From contig AP039700.1 of NCBI GenBank assembly GCA_051599415.1, positions 310,001 through 374,000 of the forward strand: a stretch of DNA of 64,000 nucleotides, written 5' to 3'. The stretch is from Savitreella phatthalungensis. Taxonomy: Eukaryota. The translations under genes were made by a program, and so were the position numbers. This document shows positions 43,979 through 54,776 of the stretch, in pieces (position 1 is the stretch's first letter; every line of letters begins with the position of its first letter). Under the pieces are notes generated by a model. It had not been told where the DNA came from. It searched no databases and worked only from the letters and a program-made list of their open reading frames with translations.

Positions 43979-44803
43979 ATGCCATTTACGACGCAGGCTG
44001 AGCTCAAGTTTGCCTCTCGGGAGACACGAGATGGCAAGAAGCACTGGGTAGAAGGCGGTGTCTCGCACCCCCAGAAGAACTTTGATGAAGTCTGTGTCAC
44101 CGTTCCGATTACCGATCTATCAGAGGGCGACTTTGTTCCTACGCTGGATGAGAATGGCTTTGCTGTGGTGGATCTGGCATCGACTGAGGGTGCGTTTGTG
44201 AATGAGGATGCGATTGCGCAGGGATACTACCTGGAGGTTGAGAATTTCTTCCGCAGTGAGGCTGGTGGAGGTGCATCGTCTGTCGTCATCTTTGACCACA
44301 CCATTCGCAGGTCAGGCGCCGTCAGAGGTCCCGTCCAGAGAGTCCACGTCGATCAGACACCAAAAGCCGCATACGCCCGAGTCGACCGACATGCCGGTGC
44401 TCACGCTGCCGAGCTGCTCAAGAAGCGGTTCGCGATTGTGAATCTGTGGCGAGCGATTGGACATCCTGCGGAACGCGATCCACTGGCGTTGTGCGATTAC
44501 GCGACGGTGGATTCGGGAGCTTTTGGGAGTGAGGTGGGTGACGTGATTGCTACGGATCGGGTGGATTTAGGTGATACGTCGAAACCGCCAGGCGAGACTT
44601 ATGCCGTCGCTCACGCGGCCAAGCAGAGATGGTACTTCTACAGAGCACTGCCGCTCGACAAGGCCATCCTCATCAAGTGCTTCGACTCAAAGGACGAGGT
44701 GGCCAAGTACGCCCCTCACACAGCATTCGACTTTGCCGAAGCGCAGGCTGATGCACCGCCAAGACAGAGTATCGAGGTCAGAGCTCTGCTCTTTTGGGAC
44801 TGA
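43979..44803 (+). CDS. AsaB/CmcJ/NvfI-like oxidoreductase (hydroxylase/desaturase)
   Basis: IFDHTIRR, VHVDQT (HxD), NLWR, PLALCD, KCFDS, PHTAF, RQSIEVRAL. Confidence 0.85.
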   Translation: MPFTTQAELKFASRETRDGKKHWVEGGVSHPQKNFDEVCVTVPITDLSEGDFVPTLDENGFAVVDLASTEGAFVNEDAIAQGYYLEVENFFRSEAGGGASSVVIFDHTIRRSGAVRGPVQRVHVDQTPKAAYARVDRHAGAHAAELLKKRFAIVNLWRAIGHPAERDPLALCDYATVDSGAFGSEVGDVIATDRVDLGDTSKPPGETYAVAHAAKQRWYFYRALPLDKAILIKCFDSKDEVAKYAPHTAFDFAEAQADAPPRQSIEVRALLFWD

Positions 44804-44966
44804 ACCAGAGCATCATGCTGATCCCTCCCAGTTGTCTCACGTATACTTGGTAAATAGTCATGAAGGTCATTACAAAATTAGGCGACGCCATCGCTCTCTT
44901 GTGGTTAGGTACAATTTAAGGCTGTTGCGTACATGTACATCCGTCACAGAGAGCACCACAGCGTGT

Positions 44967-47582
44967 TCATGTGAGAGACTGTCTCTCGATCCGGACGAGG
45001 AGGGAGGCAAAGATGAGCTGTTCTCCGCACGCGTCGCGCAGACGGATGGTGTGGTAGCCCTTGCGGAGGTACGGCAGACTGACGGTGTAGTGCGCGGTCA
45101 CTGGATCAGACACAGAAGCCGTACTGGTGCCTGCTGCTCGTGGAGACGCCGACAGCGCTGGAGACGAGCCTGGAGTTGTGCTTGTGACGGCATCGCGAAC
45201 GACGAATCGCAGAAAAGCGAATTGAGGATCCTCGTCGGCGTGCAGTGTAAACGCAAATCGATGGTTGAATCTTGGGTTGAAAGCATTGCAATCTGCGACG
45301 TGGGTACGAGTGCGAGTCTCTCTGGAAGAAAGATGGCCAAGCGTGGAGGTGAGCGGTCCGGATGAGGCTGATCCTTCGGAAGCTGTACGACGACGGCGTG
45401 CGTACTTCGCTTCTGTCAGGCCAGCGAAGGTGCTTAGATCCGAGGCGTCAGATCGCTGACTCCATGGACGTCCATCGTCAGCACTCGCTGGCTTGACCTG
45501 GGGAACAGGGGCTGGTCGAACGAGTTCGACCTCGACATACGGCGACGTGCGCGACGGTGCAGATGGCCGAGGGGGAAGTTGCTGCCCGCTGATTACGGTC
45601 ACGGTGTATCGAACTGGCTGGAAACTGGCGGCGTCAGGTAGGCGCGGCCACTGTCGCATATATAGCGGTTTCAGCCGGTACCCGGAAGCATCTTCGTCGT
45701 CACCGGCAGCGAAGAAGGCATCATTGAGCTGCATTGCTAGATCATGAGTCTGCCAGTTAAGTGCTACCATCTGCACGCCCCACTGCCAAAACGCGACTGG
45801 ATCGAAATTCGATGACCAGAGCCTCGAACGACGTGGGTAGACGCGCATCATATAGCGAGTGTTGTGCTTGACGATCGCCCGCGCGTCAGAATGGTATACA
45901 TCACGCAGACTGGATTCTGAGAGTGAGAAGATATGGTTGAACGACTTGGATTCTGGCAAGGAGAAATTTCGGAACTTGATGCCTTGTAGTAGTGGCGCCA
46001 GACACAGGAGATCCGAAATGACGCCTGCTTTGACTTTTCGTTCAGTCGCACTGCGCTTGAAAAGTTTGGGTGCGGGTGGAGAAATGCTATACTCTGCCTC
46101 GGCCGATGTCTCATCCCAAGCCGAAGTCGCGGTCGTTGTGGTCGTAGTTGTGGTCGTTGTCGTCGTCGTCGTTGTGTAGGAATCTGAGTCGTCAACATCG
46201 CCACGATTTGGGTCAGGTGAATGAAGGGCGGGCGTTGCCTTGACCTTGACGAGAATGCGATGCCGGAGCTGCTCGGGTGATGGAAGACTTTCTTCCTCTG
46301 CAGTGGCGAGCAGGTCACCAAGGATGTGTCGAAGGAGCTTAGCCACTGTCTCTTGCGCTTTTGGACCGCAACGTACCTCGAGGCTCAGCGTCAGCGGCCA
46401 TGGAGACGTGATGAAGGCATATTTCTCAATCGCTCTGAGAACGGCTTCAAGCGAGACAGGCGTGGTGAAAGCATGACCGTGACGGACCTCGGGAGCGCCG
46501 GAAGACGTCTCCCATATATCGATCTCGACGCTTCTGCAGCCGCGCTGAAGGGATCGGACATAGAGCTCGACTGATGATTCGTCCGCGACCTGTTTTCCAG
46601 TGAGGTAGGTGTTGTGTGAGGCGGAGATGAAGTACTCGTTTAGAGGACGAGACATGTCTTGGACCGGGATTTCCACGGGGCTGTTCTGGCTGGAGAGCAG
46701 GTATGCAAGGAAACTGCTAAGCGAGACCTGTCCAGGCATGCCCGTCATCGCACGTTGAACGAGATGATCAATCGCATCTGGCACATGGTCCTGCTCGCGT
46801 ACGAGAAAGCTGCGAAATTCCTGTGCTGTCATCATGTCGCTCGAGGAGTGCTGCCGATAGATATCTGCCATGTCCTCTCTGGCTTTCAGAATGTCTACGA
46901 ATCGCTTGAATTGCTCGAGCGTGAGAGAAACGCCGCCATCACGAGCAGTATCAAATGCCTTGCGCATTTGCGATGCCGGCGCGTTGAGATGCATTCGCCA
47001 GCACAGAGCCTCGACCTGGTCAAAGGTCATGCGGGATATCTCGGTCTCGGTGTTGTCCGAGGCGATGCTCCGCCACTCGGAGTCGTTCAATGCCATTTGT
47101 CCGAGCAGGGAGATGTGCCCTGCGAGCTCGAGTCTGTGGGCAACAAGACGTCGAAGGCTGCCAACAAGTCGGTCGAGTACGTCACGTGACGGACAAATGA
47201 CGTTGAGGACCTTGAGCTTGTGGCCGTGGCCATTAGGTACAAGGTAGACCATACTGAGCCAGCGCGGGGTGTGATCCGCTGAGATCTTGCATAGCTCTCT
47301 GTAATGAGCTGCCTCTAGTCCTGCGCGCAGGTCACGAAGGTTGTCGACCACGAACTTGACGGTCTTCCGGTCGAGCAATACTGCGCCTGTCTGCGGATCG
47401 ATACTGAGTAGTCGTGTGCGGACCTTTCGCCGAGTGACTCTGAGAATGTTGCATCCCTCGAGGAAATCAGATGAAACAATAGCTCGAATGCGTGAAGAGT
47501 CTGTGGTCTGCGTCGCAACGGAGATCGAGGTCGAGGAGCCCAGTCTCTGGGAGGGTCTGCGCGTGGGGAGTGTCGCGGACAT
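44967..47582 (-). CDS. PLC1: Phosphoinositide-specific phospholipase C
   Basis: PH/EF-like N-terminus; X box YFISASHNTYLTGKQ..GCRSVEIDIW..HGH; Y box MRVYP..SSNFDP..QMVALNWQT; C2 domain. Confidence 0.95.
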   Translation of the reverse strand: MSATLPTRRPSQRLGSSTSISVATQTTDSSRIRAIVSSDFLEGCNILRVTRRKVRTRLLSIDPQTGAVLLDRKTVKFVVDNLRDLRAGLEAAHYRELCKISADHTPRWLSMVYLVPNGHGHKLKVLNVICPSRDVLDRLVGSLRRLVAHRLELAGHISLLGQMALNDSEWRSIASDNTETEISRMTFDQVEALCWRMHLNAPASQMRKAFDTARDGGVSLTLEQFKRFVDILKAREDMADIYRQHSSSDMMTAQEFRSFLVREQDHVPDAIDHLVQRAMTGMPGQVSLSSFLAYLLSSQNSPVEIPVQDMSRPLNEYFISASHNTYLTGKQVADESSVELYVRSLQRGCRSVEIDIWETSSGAPEVRHGHAFTTPVSLEAVLRAIEKYAFITSPWPLTLSLEVRCGPKAQETVAKLLRHILGDLLATAEEESLPSPEQLRHRILVKVKATPALHSPDPNRGDVDDSDSYTTTTTTTTTTTTTTTATSAWDETSAEAEYSISPPAPKLFKRSATERKVKAGVISDLLCLAPLLQGIKFRNFSLPESKSFNHIFSLSESSLRDVYHSDARAIVKHNTRYMMRVYPRRSRLWSSNFDPVAFWQWGVQMVALNWQTHDLAMQLNDAFFAAGDDEDASGYRLKPLYMRQWPRLPDAASFQPVRYTVTVISGQQLPPRPSAPSRTSPYVEVELVRPAPVPQVKPASADDGRPWSQRSDASDLSTFAGLTEAKYARRRRTASEGSASSGPLTSTLGHLSSRETRTRTHVADCNAFNPRFNHRFAFTLHADEDPQFAFLRFVVRDAVTSTTPGSSPALSASPRAAGTSTASVSDPVTAHYTVSLPYLRKGYHTIRLRDACGEQLIFASLLVRIERQSLT

Positions 47583-48199
47583 GATGCTCAGAACTCGCTT
47601 TGTCGGGTTGTTGGGTTGGCTAGATCATAGTGAGCAGGCTTGGTGAGTGTCGAGCCCTCGTGAGACTCTGAACTCTGTATGTAGGCCCGAGGGGTGTGGA
47701 TGACTAGACCTGACGCGTGTGTGTCATCTCGAGGAAGGACAGTCTGATGTGAAACTCAGCTTGGGAAAGCAGCATTCGCATGCGCCGAATGAACCGGTAT
47801 GTAGTCGTGTATATCTTCTTGAGAAGAGATGCTTTAGCTCGTTGCTTAGTCTAGTTTTCCTGGTCAGGCACTTGTGACTTACGCTGCAGCGTGTATGTGT
47901 GCATGTGTACTGTATATATGTACACCCTTTCTACACATGTAAATTATATGCAGTACGTATACGTGATCAATACTCTCGGACGAGTCGATCCTGATGAATG
48001 CACCTTTTGGATGAAATACATACTGTATGTATTTGGTGATAGTAAATATACAGACAGGTTCATTCATTCATGCATGTGTATCTATTGGCGTCATATTCAA
48101 TCTAAGTCCCATGAGCAACAGACAGTTGACGAGTGAAAAAGTGTAATTTGGGTATGATAAAAGGGATTATATATTCTTGATGAGCAATATCCATCCATG

Positions 48200-48297
48200 G
48201 GTTGCATGGTGTAATCGGCTAGCACACAAGATTTTGATGTGTTTAGAACGCATTTTAACGACTTCTTGAGAACCCGGTTCGATCCCGGGTGCGACCT
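48200..48297 (+). tRNA. tRNA-Gln(UUG) with intron
   Basis: Acceptor stem GGTTGCA/TGCGACC, D-arm TGGTGTAATCGG, anticodon stem CAAGA/TCTTG, loop TT-TTG-A, ~25-nt intron, GGTTCGATCCC, oligo-T terminator. Confidence 0.95.
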
Positions 48298-48366
48298 TTT
48301 TTATTTCTTGCATTTTTTTCCCTTTTGTCATGTCATCGGATCGATACATACATACAGTATATCTTT

Positions 48367-51300
48367 TTATGCTAGCAAGTCCATGGGTTCGCCTGCATCT
48401 GCACCTGTACCGGCATCTGTCCCTGGCTGCCGGTCAGCCAGATCTGGTACGGTTGACTCCTCAATAGACTTCTGCTGAACCTCTTTCTCATTTTCATTCT
48501 CATGCGCCATTCGACCCTCAGTCGCACCTTGCATCTGACGGCACAAGGCAGATGTGAGAGCCTCCTCCTGACCGATCCGCACGTACGTCAGCATGTATGG
48601 GTTCTCGTTCTTGCCTTGGAGATCTGCAAAGACGACATCTCGATCGATGATTGTCACTTCTTCGTCGTTATACTTGCGCCACAAGCACTGTTGGAAGTCT
48701 CGGATGTAGATCCAGTAGTGCCCGTGAGAAGCTTCTCCACGGTGCATAAATACTGAGTGCAGTGTGTACCCGTGCTCCTGACGATCAGCAAAACACTGCC
48801 TGAGTCGCTCCTTGATCCTTGAAATCTCTGAGGTGATGTCTTCAAGCGATTCCTGTAGCTCTTCTTTGGATGGAGCTTCCTCTGCAGTCTCATCGACCTC
48901 GACAGTCCTCTCCCCTTGCAGAGTCGACTCTGTCGTCTCCTCTTGTGGGATTCGAGGAGTCAGGATCTCTCTTACACTGCCCCGTCGCATTCCATCATCT
49001 GGCTCTTGATCACTATCAGAGTCGACTTCCTGCGCTGTGGCCGTCCATGAGTGGTCGCGGTATAGCGGTTGCTTGTCCGGAACGACAGCTGCAACCATCG
49101 GTGGCGAAGGCAGTGGCCCAGCCACTTCGAGGGAGTCGATCTGGTTGCGAAGCTGTGCTTGGCGCTCTTCGAGCGCAGCGAGCGTACGATTTAACCCGGC
49201 GTACTCATCACGCTCTTCCACCAGCGAATCGTCGTCCAGATACCTGTCCATGTAGACGACTTCGTCCAGCCGCAAGTATGTGTTGTCCTTTTTCGCAGAC
49301 ATAGAGGCCAGGTCGAAAGTGGCCCGCTGAATCTGGATCTGGAGAATCTGTGGGAGTGGTAGACTCATGCGCGTCGTCATCATCACCTGTTTGCCTTCGA
49401 GCTCGACCTTGCTGCCGACAGGGTCGAAGACGCCGTCTAGCGCACCATACAGGTCCTGCCCGTCACGGGAGAGACTGACGATTGTGTTAGAGAACCAGTC
49501 CTGACGAGGCTCATTGCCTTCGATCTCGATCTTCTGGAGCGTTTTGCCGTAAAAGAGCGTCTTGACCAAGTCGAGTTGCTCGCCGTTGCGCTCATCCTCC
49601 AGCTCCGACTCGAGCGCAGCCTCCATCTGGAACAGGCAATTATCAATGCACTCCGCCACGTCCTGCTGCTGACCCCAGTCGTTAACTTCAGACCACAGGA
49701 GAGAAGACTTCCGCCGGACGGCTGGTCTGGAAGGGACTGCTGGCGGAGCTGGAGGAGCTGCAGGTCTCGGCAGCACGTTACCAGGGATGTCCACCAAGAC
49801 GGCTTCGTTCTCGAAGACCTCGACTTCATCGTGAAGGCAGCTCGGGTCGGATGTCTTGTCTTCCCATATTCCGTCTTTGCGCATTTTTCGAGGTGGTTCA
49901 TCGTCCACTTGCTTTGCACCGGCAGACGCCAATGGAGAGTCTCCACTGTCGGTGCTCGTCTGAGGCTCGGTCGTGTCTGTCTCCATCAGATCGATGTCGA
50001 CGAGGTTTTCCTCAAGAGCTGGAGCAGGCATCATCAGATTGGAAGTCGCTGTGATGGTATCGGTCATGGAAGACTTGCGCTTCGGAGATCGTGCAAGTTC
50101 TGGCGATGTCATCTCCACATCCATGTCCACGTTCTCCTTGTTATCCTGTGAGTCCTGCCCGAACAAGACCAGTTGATTCGTCTCGGCCGTCTGTAGATCC
50201 GCACCAACATTTTTGTCAAGCACCGCCACAGAGGTTGTGTCCTTTGCCAGTGCCTGTCTGTGAGATACCAGGGCGAGGAAGCATACCGCTCTCGAAGGCT
50301 TGTAACTTCCTTGCGCACAAGTCATGAGCTCAGCGAAGAGCTGGCGAAGTTCACGCATGAAGGATTTGGCTCGGTCGATTTCGTCTGTCGTGACAAGCCG
50401 GCCGCCGACTTTCTTCTGGCGATCAGCGAGAGAAGTGTCTTTCCACTGGGAGCTGTCCATGATGAGATCGCGCAATGGCCGGACGCTGAAGTAGTATTGG
50501 AGCAGGGAATTGAGATAGCAGGTGTTTCCAATGTTCTCGAGGCCAACAGGCATGTCTGACCGGCCGGGGGGAGGTGCGTACGGCGCAGGTGCCCCTTTGT
50601 CACCGGTGAGCAGGTAGTTGCGAATCTGCTCAGACGCTCGCGCGTCACCGACGACTTCCAGCGCTCTGCGAAGCTTCTCCATCTCTTCTGGTTCGTCCAT
50701 AGCTCTGATTTCATACAACATGATCAACATATCATCAGCAATTGTTCTGTCGTCAACGCCCAGACGAGAGTAGGCAAGATCTGGATCAAGCATTTCGAGC
50801 TCAGCCTTGGTCGGATTATCGCCAGCTTTGGGCGAGACTGCGATGGGCACAGCTGGTGTTTCGTCTCTGTCGCCTGTATCGAGGAATCGACGAAGCCGAT
50901 GATTTTTTCGCTCGTCAGCCACAAAACCGAGCGCTGCTCGCGCTAGTCGTTCGTTACTCTCAGCCTTGTCGTCGTAAAGGATCATGAGGAAGTCGTCATC
51001 TGTCGTACTCTCGGCGCCGAGATAGGCAAGAGCTGCATCAATGTCGTCGAAATCACGCTTCGGTGTGTCGAGATAGGAAGCGATCATTCCAGATTGTCGT
51101 TCGCTCCCGATCAATTCGACTGCATGGCGAATCCTGCTCTTCGCAGAGTCCGTCTCATTGTCGAGCATCAGAGACTCGGCAATGTTGATGACTGTCTCAT
51201 CATCCTCGTCCCGACATTCGTTCAGAAGTCGGTAGGCTTCCGAGAGGTCCTCGCGAGTGTAATTGCCCATGGATCGTTGCCGCTGGAGCTCGAGCTGCAT

Positions 51301-52494
51301 GTCGTCGCCACGTCTGAGCTTGGCAATCTCATTGAGTGCGGACAGGTAATGACTCCGTCTCGCAGGATCCTGATCGCTTTGGAGCTGAAAGAATTCCAAG
51401 ACCGCGTTGTCCGTGAAGATAGGAACGATGCCTAGTGTCGAATGCGCCCGCTCGTCGGAAGATTCTGACGGTTGCCATTTTGGCGCTGCCGTAAACAATC
51501 TGAGTGGAGCATCGCACACGGCCAGCATGTGGGATTCTGCCCGCTCGAATGACACAAGCCAGGGTTTCGTGTTGAAAGGGTCACTTGGCACTTTGGCGGC
51601 TTGTGCCAGAATCTGTAGCTCGAGACGTATGCGACGCAGCTTCGAGCGCATCCCTACTTGCAGTGGGTTCGGCGGGATCCATTCCCACTCAATACGATCA
51701 GCGTCGGTTTCTGCGCCATCGAATTCGTCAGTGACGTCGTTCTCGTCGAATGGAGATTCTCCGTCCCAGTCGGCTGGAGCCAATTTGAAACAAAGATCTT
51801 TCATGAGTAGCGTGATGGCTGGCTCGCGACCGACTCTTTTAGCAAACATACTAGGCTCTCCCGAGATACTGGCCAGCCCAATCCGTCGAGGTGACTGGAG
51901 TGTCTCTGTGGGGACGAATTTTGCGGTGTGGCGAACGTAATACTCCAAGCTTTGGAAGGTGGAAAATCGTGATGGACCATCTGCCTGTGTCCGGGTCTTT
52001 GCAGTCGCATAAGATGCCTGTGGACGGATGGCATATACCTGAGTGAGGGTCTCCGGAGGTATCTCTGGCTGCCATAGTCGAATCTTGAGCCCAGTAGAGC
52101 AACGCGAACAATTCCAATCGAAGCTCTCATAGAAAGGAGCACGTACTGATGCATCGTGCACGAGTTGGAAATGATGTAGCTTATTGCGGTTCCTGCATCC
52201 GCGGTCAAGTGTCCCATCTGCAAGCTCTACATGTTCCAGCTGTAGATGAAGGTGGTTGCGGGTGAGCTCGCAACATGCATCAAGTTCTGTTTCCTCGGCA
52301 TCATCAAAGGTAGTATCTGCATCGATATCGAGCAGCCAGCGATGGACGGTGTCACCAGTGTTGTGCTGTACGGCTGTAAGAATATCACTTCCGAGGGCGT
52401 GCTTCTCTAGATCAGCGACAAGCCGGGGAGCGCTCTTGCCTGGGCCACGCACATAAGTAGCTCGTTCCGCCTGGTAAGGTGGAGGATCTAGCAT
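48367..52494 (-). CDS. UBP2: Ubiquitin carboxyl-terminal hydrolase, Ubp2-like
   Basis: GLENIGNTCYLNSLLQ Cys box, QQDVAEC, HRGEASHGHYWIY His box, repeated helical units before the catalytic domain. First ATG at 52494. Confidence 0.92.
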   Translation of the reverse strand: MLDPPPYQAERATYVRGPGKSAPRLVADLEKHALGSDILTAVQHNTGDTVHRWLLDIDADTTFDDAEETELDACCELTRNHLHLQLEHVELADGTLDRGCRNRNKLHHFQLVHDASVRAPFYESFDWNCSRCSTGLKIRLWQPEIPPETLTQVYAIRPQASYATAKTRTQADGPSRFSTFQSLEYYVRHTAKFVPTETLQSPRRIGLASISGEPSMFAKRVGREPAITLLMKDLCFKLAPADWDGESPFDENDVTDEFDGAETDADRIEWEWIPPNPLQVGMRSKLRRIRLELQILAQAAKVPSDPFNTKPWLVSFERAESHMLAVCDAPLRLFTAAPKWQPSESSDERAHSTLGIVPIFTDNAVLEFFQLQSDQDPARRSHYLSALNEIAKLRRGDDMQLELQRQRSMGNYTREDLSEAYRLLNECRDEDDETVINIAESLMLDNETDSAKSRIRHAVELIGSERQSGMIASYLDTPKRDFDDIDAALAYLGAESTTDDDFLMILYDDKAESNERLARAALGFVADERKNHRLRRFLDTGDRDETPAVPIAVSPKAGDNPTKAELEMLDPDLAYSRLGVDDRTIADDMLIMLYEIRAMDEPEEMEKLRRALEVVGDARASEQIRNYLLTGDKGAPAPYAPPPGRSDMPVGLENIGNTCYLNSLLQYYFSVRPLRDLIMDSSQWKDTSLADRQKKVGGRLVTTDEIDRAKSFMRELRQLFAELMTCAQGSYKPSRAVCFLALVSHRQALAKDTTSVAVLDKNVGADLQTAETNQLVLFGQDSQDNKENVDMDVEMTSPELARSPKRKSSMTDTITATSNLMMPAPALEENLVDIDLMETDTTEPQTSTDSGDSPLASAGAKQVDDEPPRKMRKDGIWEDKTSDPSCLHDEVEVFENEAVLVDIPGNVLPRPAAPPAPPAVPSRPAVRRKSSLLWSEVNDWGQQQDVAECIDNCLFQMEAALESELEDERNGEQLDLVKTLFYGKTLQKIEIEGNEPRQDWFSNTIVSLSRDGQDLYGALDGVFDPVGSKVELEGKQVMMTTRMSLPLPQILQIQIQRATFDLASMSAKKDNTYLRLDEVVYMDRYLDDDSLVEERDEYAGLNRTLAALEERQAQLRNQIDSLEVAGPLPSPPMVAAVVPDKQPLYRDHSWTATAQEVDSDSDQEPDDGMRRGSVREILTPRIPQEETTESTLQGERTVEVDETAEEAPSKEELQESLEDITSEISRIKERLRQCFADRQEHGYTLHSVFMHRGEASHGHYWIYIRDFQQCLWRKYNDEEVTIIDRDVVFADLQGKNENPYMLTYVRIGQEEALTSALCRQMQGATEGRMAHENENEKEVQQKSIEESTVPDLADRQPGTDAGTGADAGEPMDLLA

Positions 52495-52945
52495 AGAGTC
52501 TGAAGCAGTAGCTGTACTGTACTGCACTGTACTGGACCGTACCTGACTGCACTGCACTTGTCACTCTTCACCGATGGAGCATATCGGATTGTTGTAGAGT
52601 TGTGTTGGTAGTTGTGCGCTCTCTTTTTGTGCGTCATTGTGGTGTTTCAATGACTCTTTTGAGGATTGGATGGTGTATGTGCGTATGTGTTTGTGCATGT
52701 GTGCGTGTACGTGGGTTGATTCAATTGATCGATTGAGTTGGATCACATGCATGGCACAGAAAAGCAGCAACAGCAGCAACAATATCAACCTCAACAGGTA
52801 CAGTCCACACTCACTACACTACACAATCACTCAAGCCAGCGAGCGAGCAAGGTGTAGGAGTCCAGCTTGTATTCTATCGCCTCGAAGAGCTGTAACTGGG
52901 TGCTTGTGCTTATAGAGTCATCTGGCCTCATCATCTATTGTGAGA

Positions 52946-53437
52946 ATGCCCAGAGTACTATCTTTGAAGAAGATCAAAGGGAAAAAAGAGCATGCCCACC
53001 CACACAGCCGTAAAGCGAATCAGATCCAGCGAGCAGCATTGAGAGATGAGCGAATCAAAGGCGCTACAGCTCGGCGAGAGAAGGACAGGTACACGCTCAT
53101 CAATCGTGTTGGCTTCTTCAAAGTTGCAGTCATCACTGGAGATCGGAAGACTCTGACAGAGGATGAAGTGCACGAGCTCATCAAAACGTATATCAACCGG
53201 CGGCAAGGTGAGCTAGAAGATGAGAAAGCCGCTCGGCGACCGGGCAGACCGAAGAGCACAAAAGAAGACCTTCTGAGTATGGCGATCGAGCAGGAGCAGG
53301 CAGAGTACAAGACAGGCTTCAAAGTCCCAGACATGACAGACGAAGTGAATGTGATCAATCTCAAGGCATGGAAGGGCGATCATGGAGGTTTGAACCATAT
53401 CAAACTGGTCGAGCTACCGCGGCGAAGTGACGAATGA
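52946..53437 (+). CDS. TMA16: Translation machinery-associated protein 16
   Basis: HPHSRKANQ, RRPGRPKS, EYKTGFKVPDM, WKGD. Confidence 0.9.
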   Translation: MPRVLSLKKIKGKKEHAHPHSRKANQIQRAALRDERIKGATARREKDRYTLINRVGFFKVAVITGDRKTLTEDEVHELIKTYINRRQGELEDEKAARRPGRPKSTKEDLLSMAIEQEQAEYKTGFKVPDMTDEVNVINLKAWKGDHGGLNHIKLVELPRRSDE

Positions 53438-53600
53438 CCTTTGAACGGTCTGGTAATGTCTGTAATGAGAAGAGGAAGTCATGTAGCAAACGAGTCTATT
53501 CGAGATGGAAGATTTTTGGAGTTGTTCATGAGTCGGCATTAGCGCGGATTTGATGCTGTGGCATTGGCATTGCGTGACTTTGTGCGGTGATCCCGGTCGT

Positions 53601-54377
53601 CTATGCCTCGACAAATTGTCCAAGCTTCTTGAGCCAGTCACCGTACTCACGTGCCTCCTTGTAGTCGACGTAGTCTGGAATAAACAGGGCGAGGTTCGTG
53701 TCGATGGCACGCTCTTCAAGGTACTTCTCCATCAGCATCTGCAGCTCTTCATCCAGGTTGTTGTAGAGCGGTCCACCGTAGAGTTCCCGCCTGGCGTAAT
53801 CGCCAGATGAAGAGTCATCAGCTGCCAGCTTGGGCTCGTACAGACACGCGTTTTCAACGACAAGCACGCCGTCCTGCGCAATCGCATCGATGCAAAGCGT
53901 TTGTGAGGCATTGTCCTTGGCAATGGTGATGAAGCAAGGTACGGGAAAGCTAGGTCCAGCATCTTCACCGTCTTCGCCGCCATTAGCACCTCCGGACGAT
54001 GATCCTTCAACCTCTCCCTCGTCCATCTCGTCAACATTGCTGAGCTCGTTGGCGCTGAAGATGATCTTGATTGTCTCATTCCCTCCGAACTTCCGTGTCA
54101 GTGTCACCTCATGCTTGCCAGGCACATCTTCGATCGAGAAGCCAGACATGTCGAGGAATTGGCTAAAGGACTCTGGAGCAGGTTCCTGACGCATCTCATC
54201 CTCGATTGCAAGCTCAGAAGCAATCTTGTCACCGAGTTCCTTGTCTACCGAACCACGGCCGAATGCTGTGATTGAGCTTGTGAAGGTCCGTGTAATCTGC
54301 TGCTGCCTTGGCACAGTTGCTGCCAGGGCCAGCCTTGGCGCTCTGACAAGAACTCTAGCTGCAACCGAACGGAACAT
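53601..54377 (-). CDS. MAM33: Mitochondrial acidic matrix protein (Mam33/p32)
   Basis: Arg-rich presequence; YGGPLYNNLDEELQ..YLEERAID..YKEAREY..WL. Confidence 0.93.
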   Translation of the reverse strand: MFRSVAARVLVRAPRLALAATVPRQQQITRTFTSSITAFGRGSVDKELGDKIASELAIEDEMRQEPAPESFSQFLDMSGFSIEDVPGKHEVTLTRKFGGNETIKIIFSANELSNVDEMDEGEVEGSSSGGANGGEDGEDAGPSFPVPCFITIAKDNASQTLCIDAIAQDGVLVVENACLYEPKLAADDSSSGDYARRELYGGPLYNNLDEELQMLMEKYLEERAIDTNLALFIPDYVDYKEAREYGDWLKKLGQFVEA

Positions 54378-54776
54378 TGGGATTGATTGACTGTTATGAG
54401 ACCAGCTTCGTCTTGTATGTCCTTGTGAAGTCTAGAGAAGTTTTAATGTCTCCTGTGTGTGTGACCTGAAGCTGTACGTAGATTGTGTTTGCTGGTGTTT
54501 CGTTCGGTGGAGCCGCATGAGTGATTTGAGTGGAGTTCCCGTGCGCGCATCCAGAATTCCAAAATGCATGCAATAATTGCTCGGACATGCAACTCACTCA
54601 AATCGCCGACAGCCTTAACCACTGTCAACAACAGCGCAAGAAGGGTACGGGGCAATCTCGCGCTAGACGCCTCCGGATTCAGTGATAAAGTGGAGGAATA
54701 CGGTTGGTCTAGCCACCGTGAGGATCGTTACCCTTGGAACTCCGAGATTAGTAGGTCTTGATTGACTCTACGGATC

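Noticed and set aside
44571..45365. 264-aa ORF bridging the AsaB-like gene and PLC1
   Set aside because: Non-ATG start, overlaps two well-supported genes, no recognisable protein features.
46130..46178. Poly-Thr run in Plc1
   Set aside because: Low-complexity X-Y linker, a commonly variable region.
52500..52560. CAGT(A/G) pentamer repeats and a possible 5' intron upstream of UBP2
   Set aside because: GTACGG..CAG is present on the minus strand but there is no clear branch point; probably simple repeat DNA.
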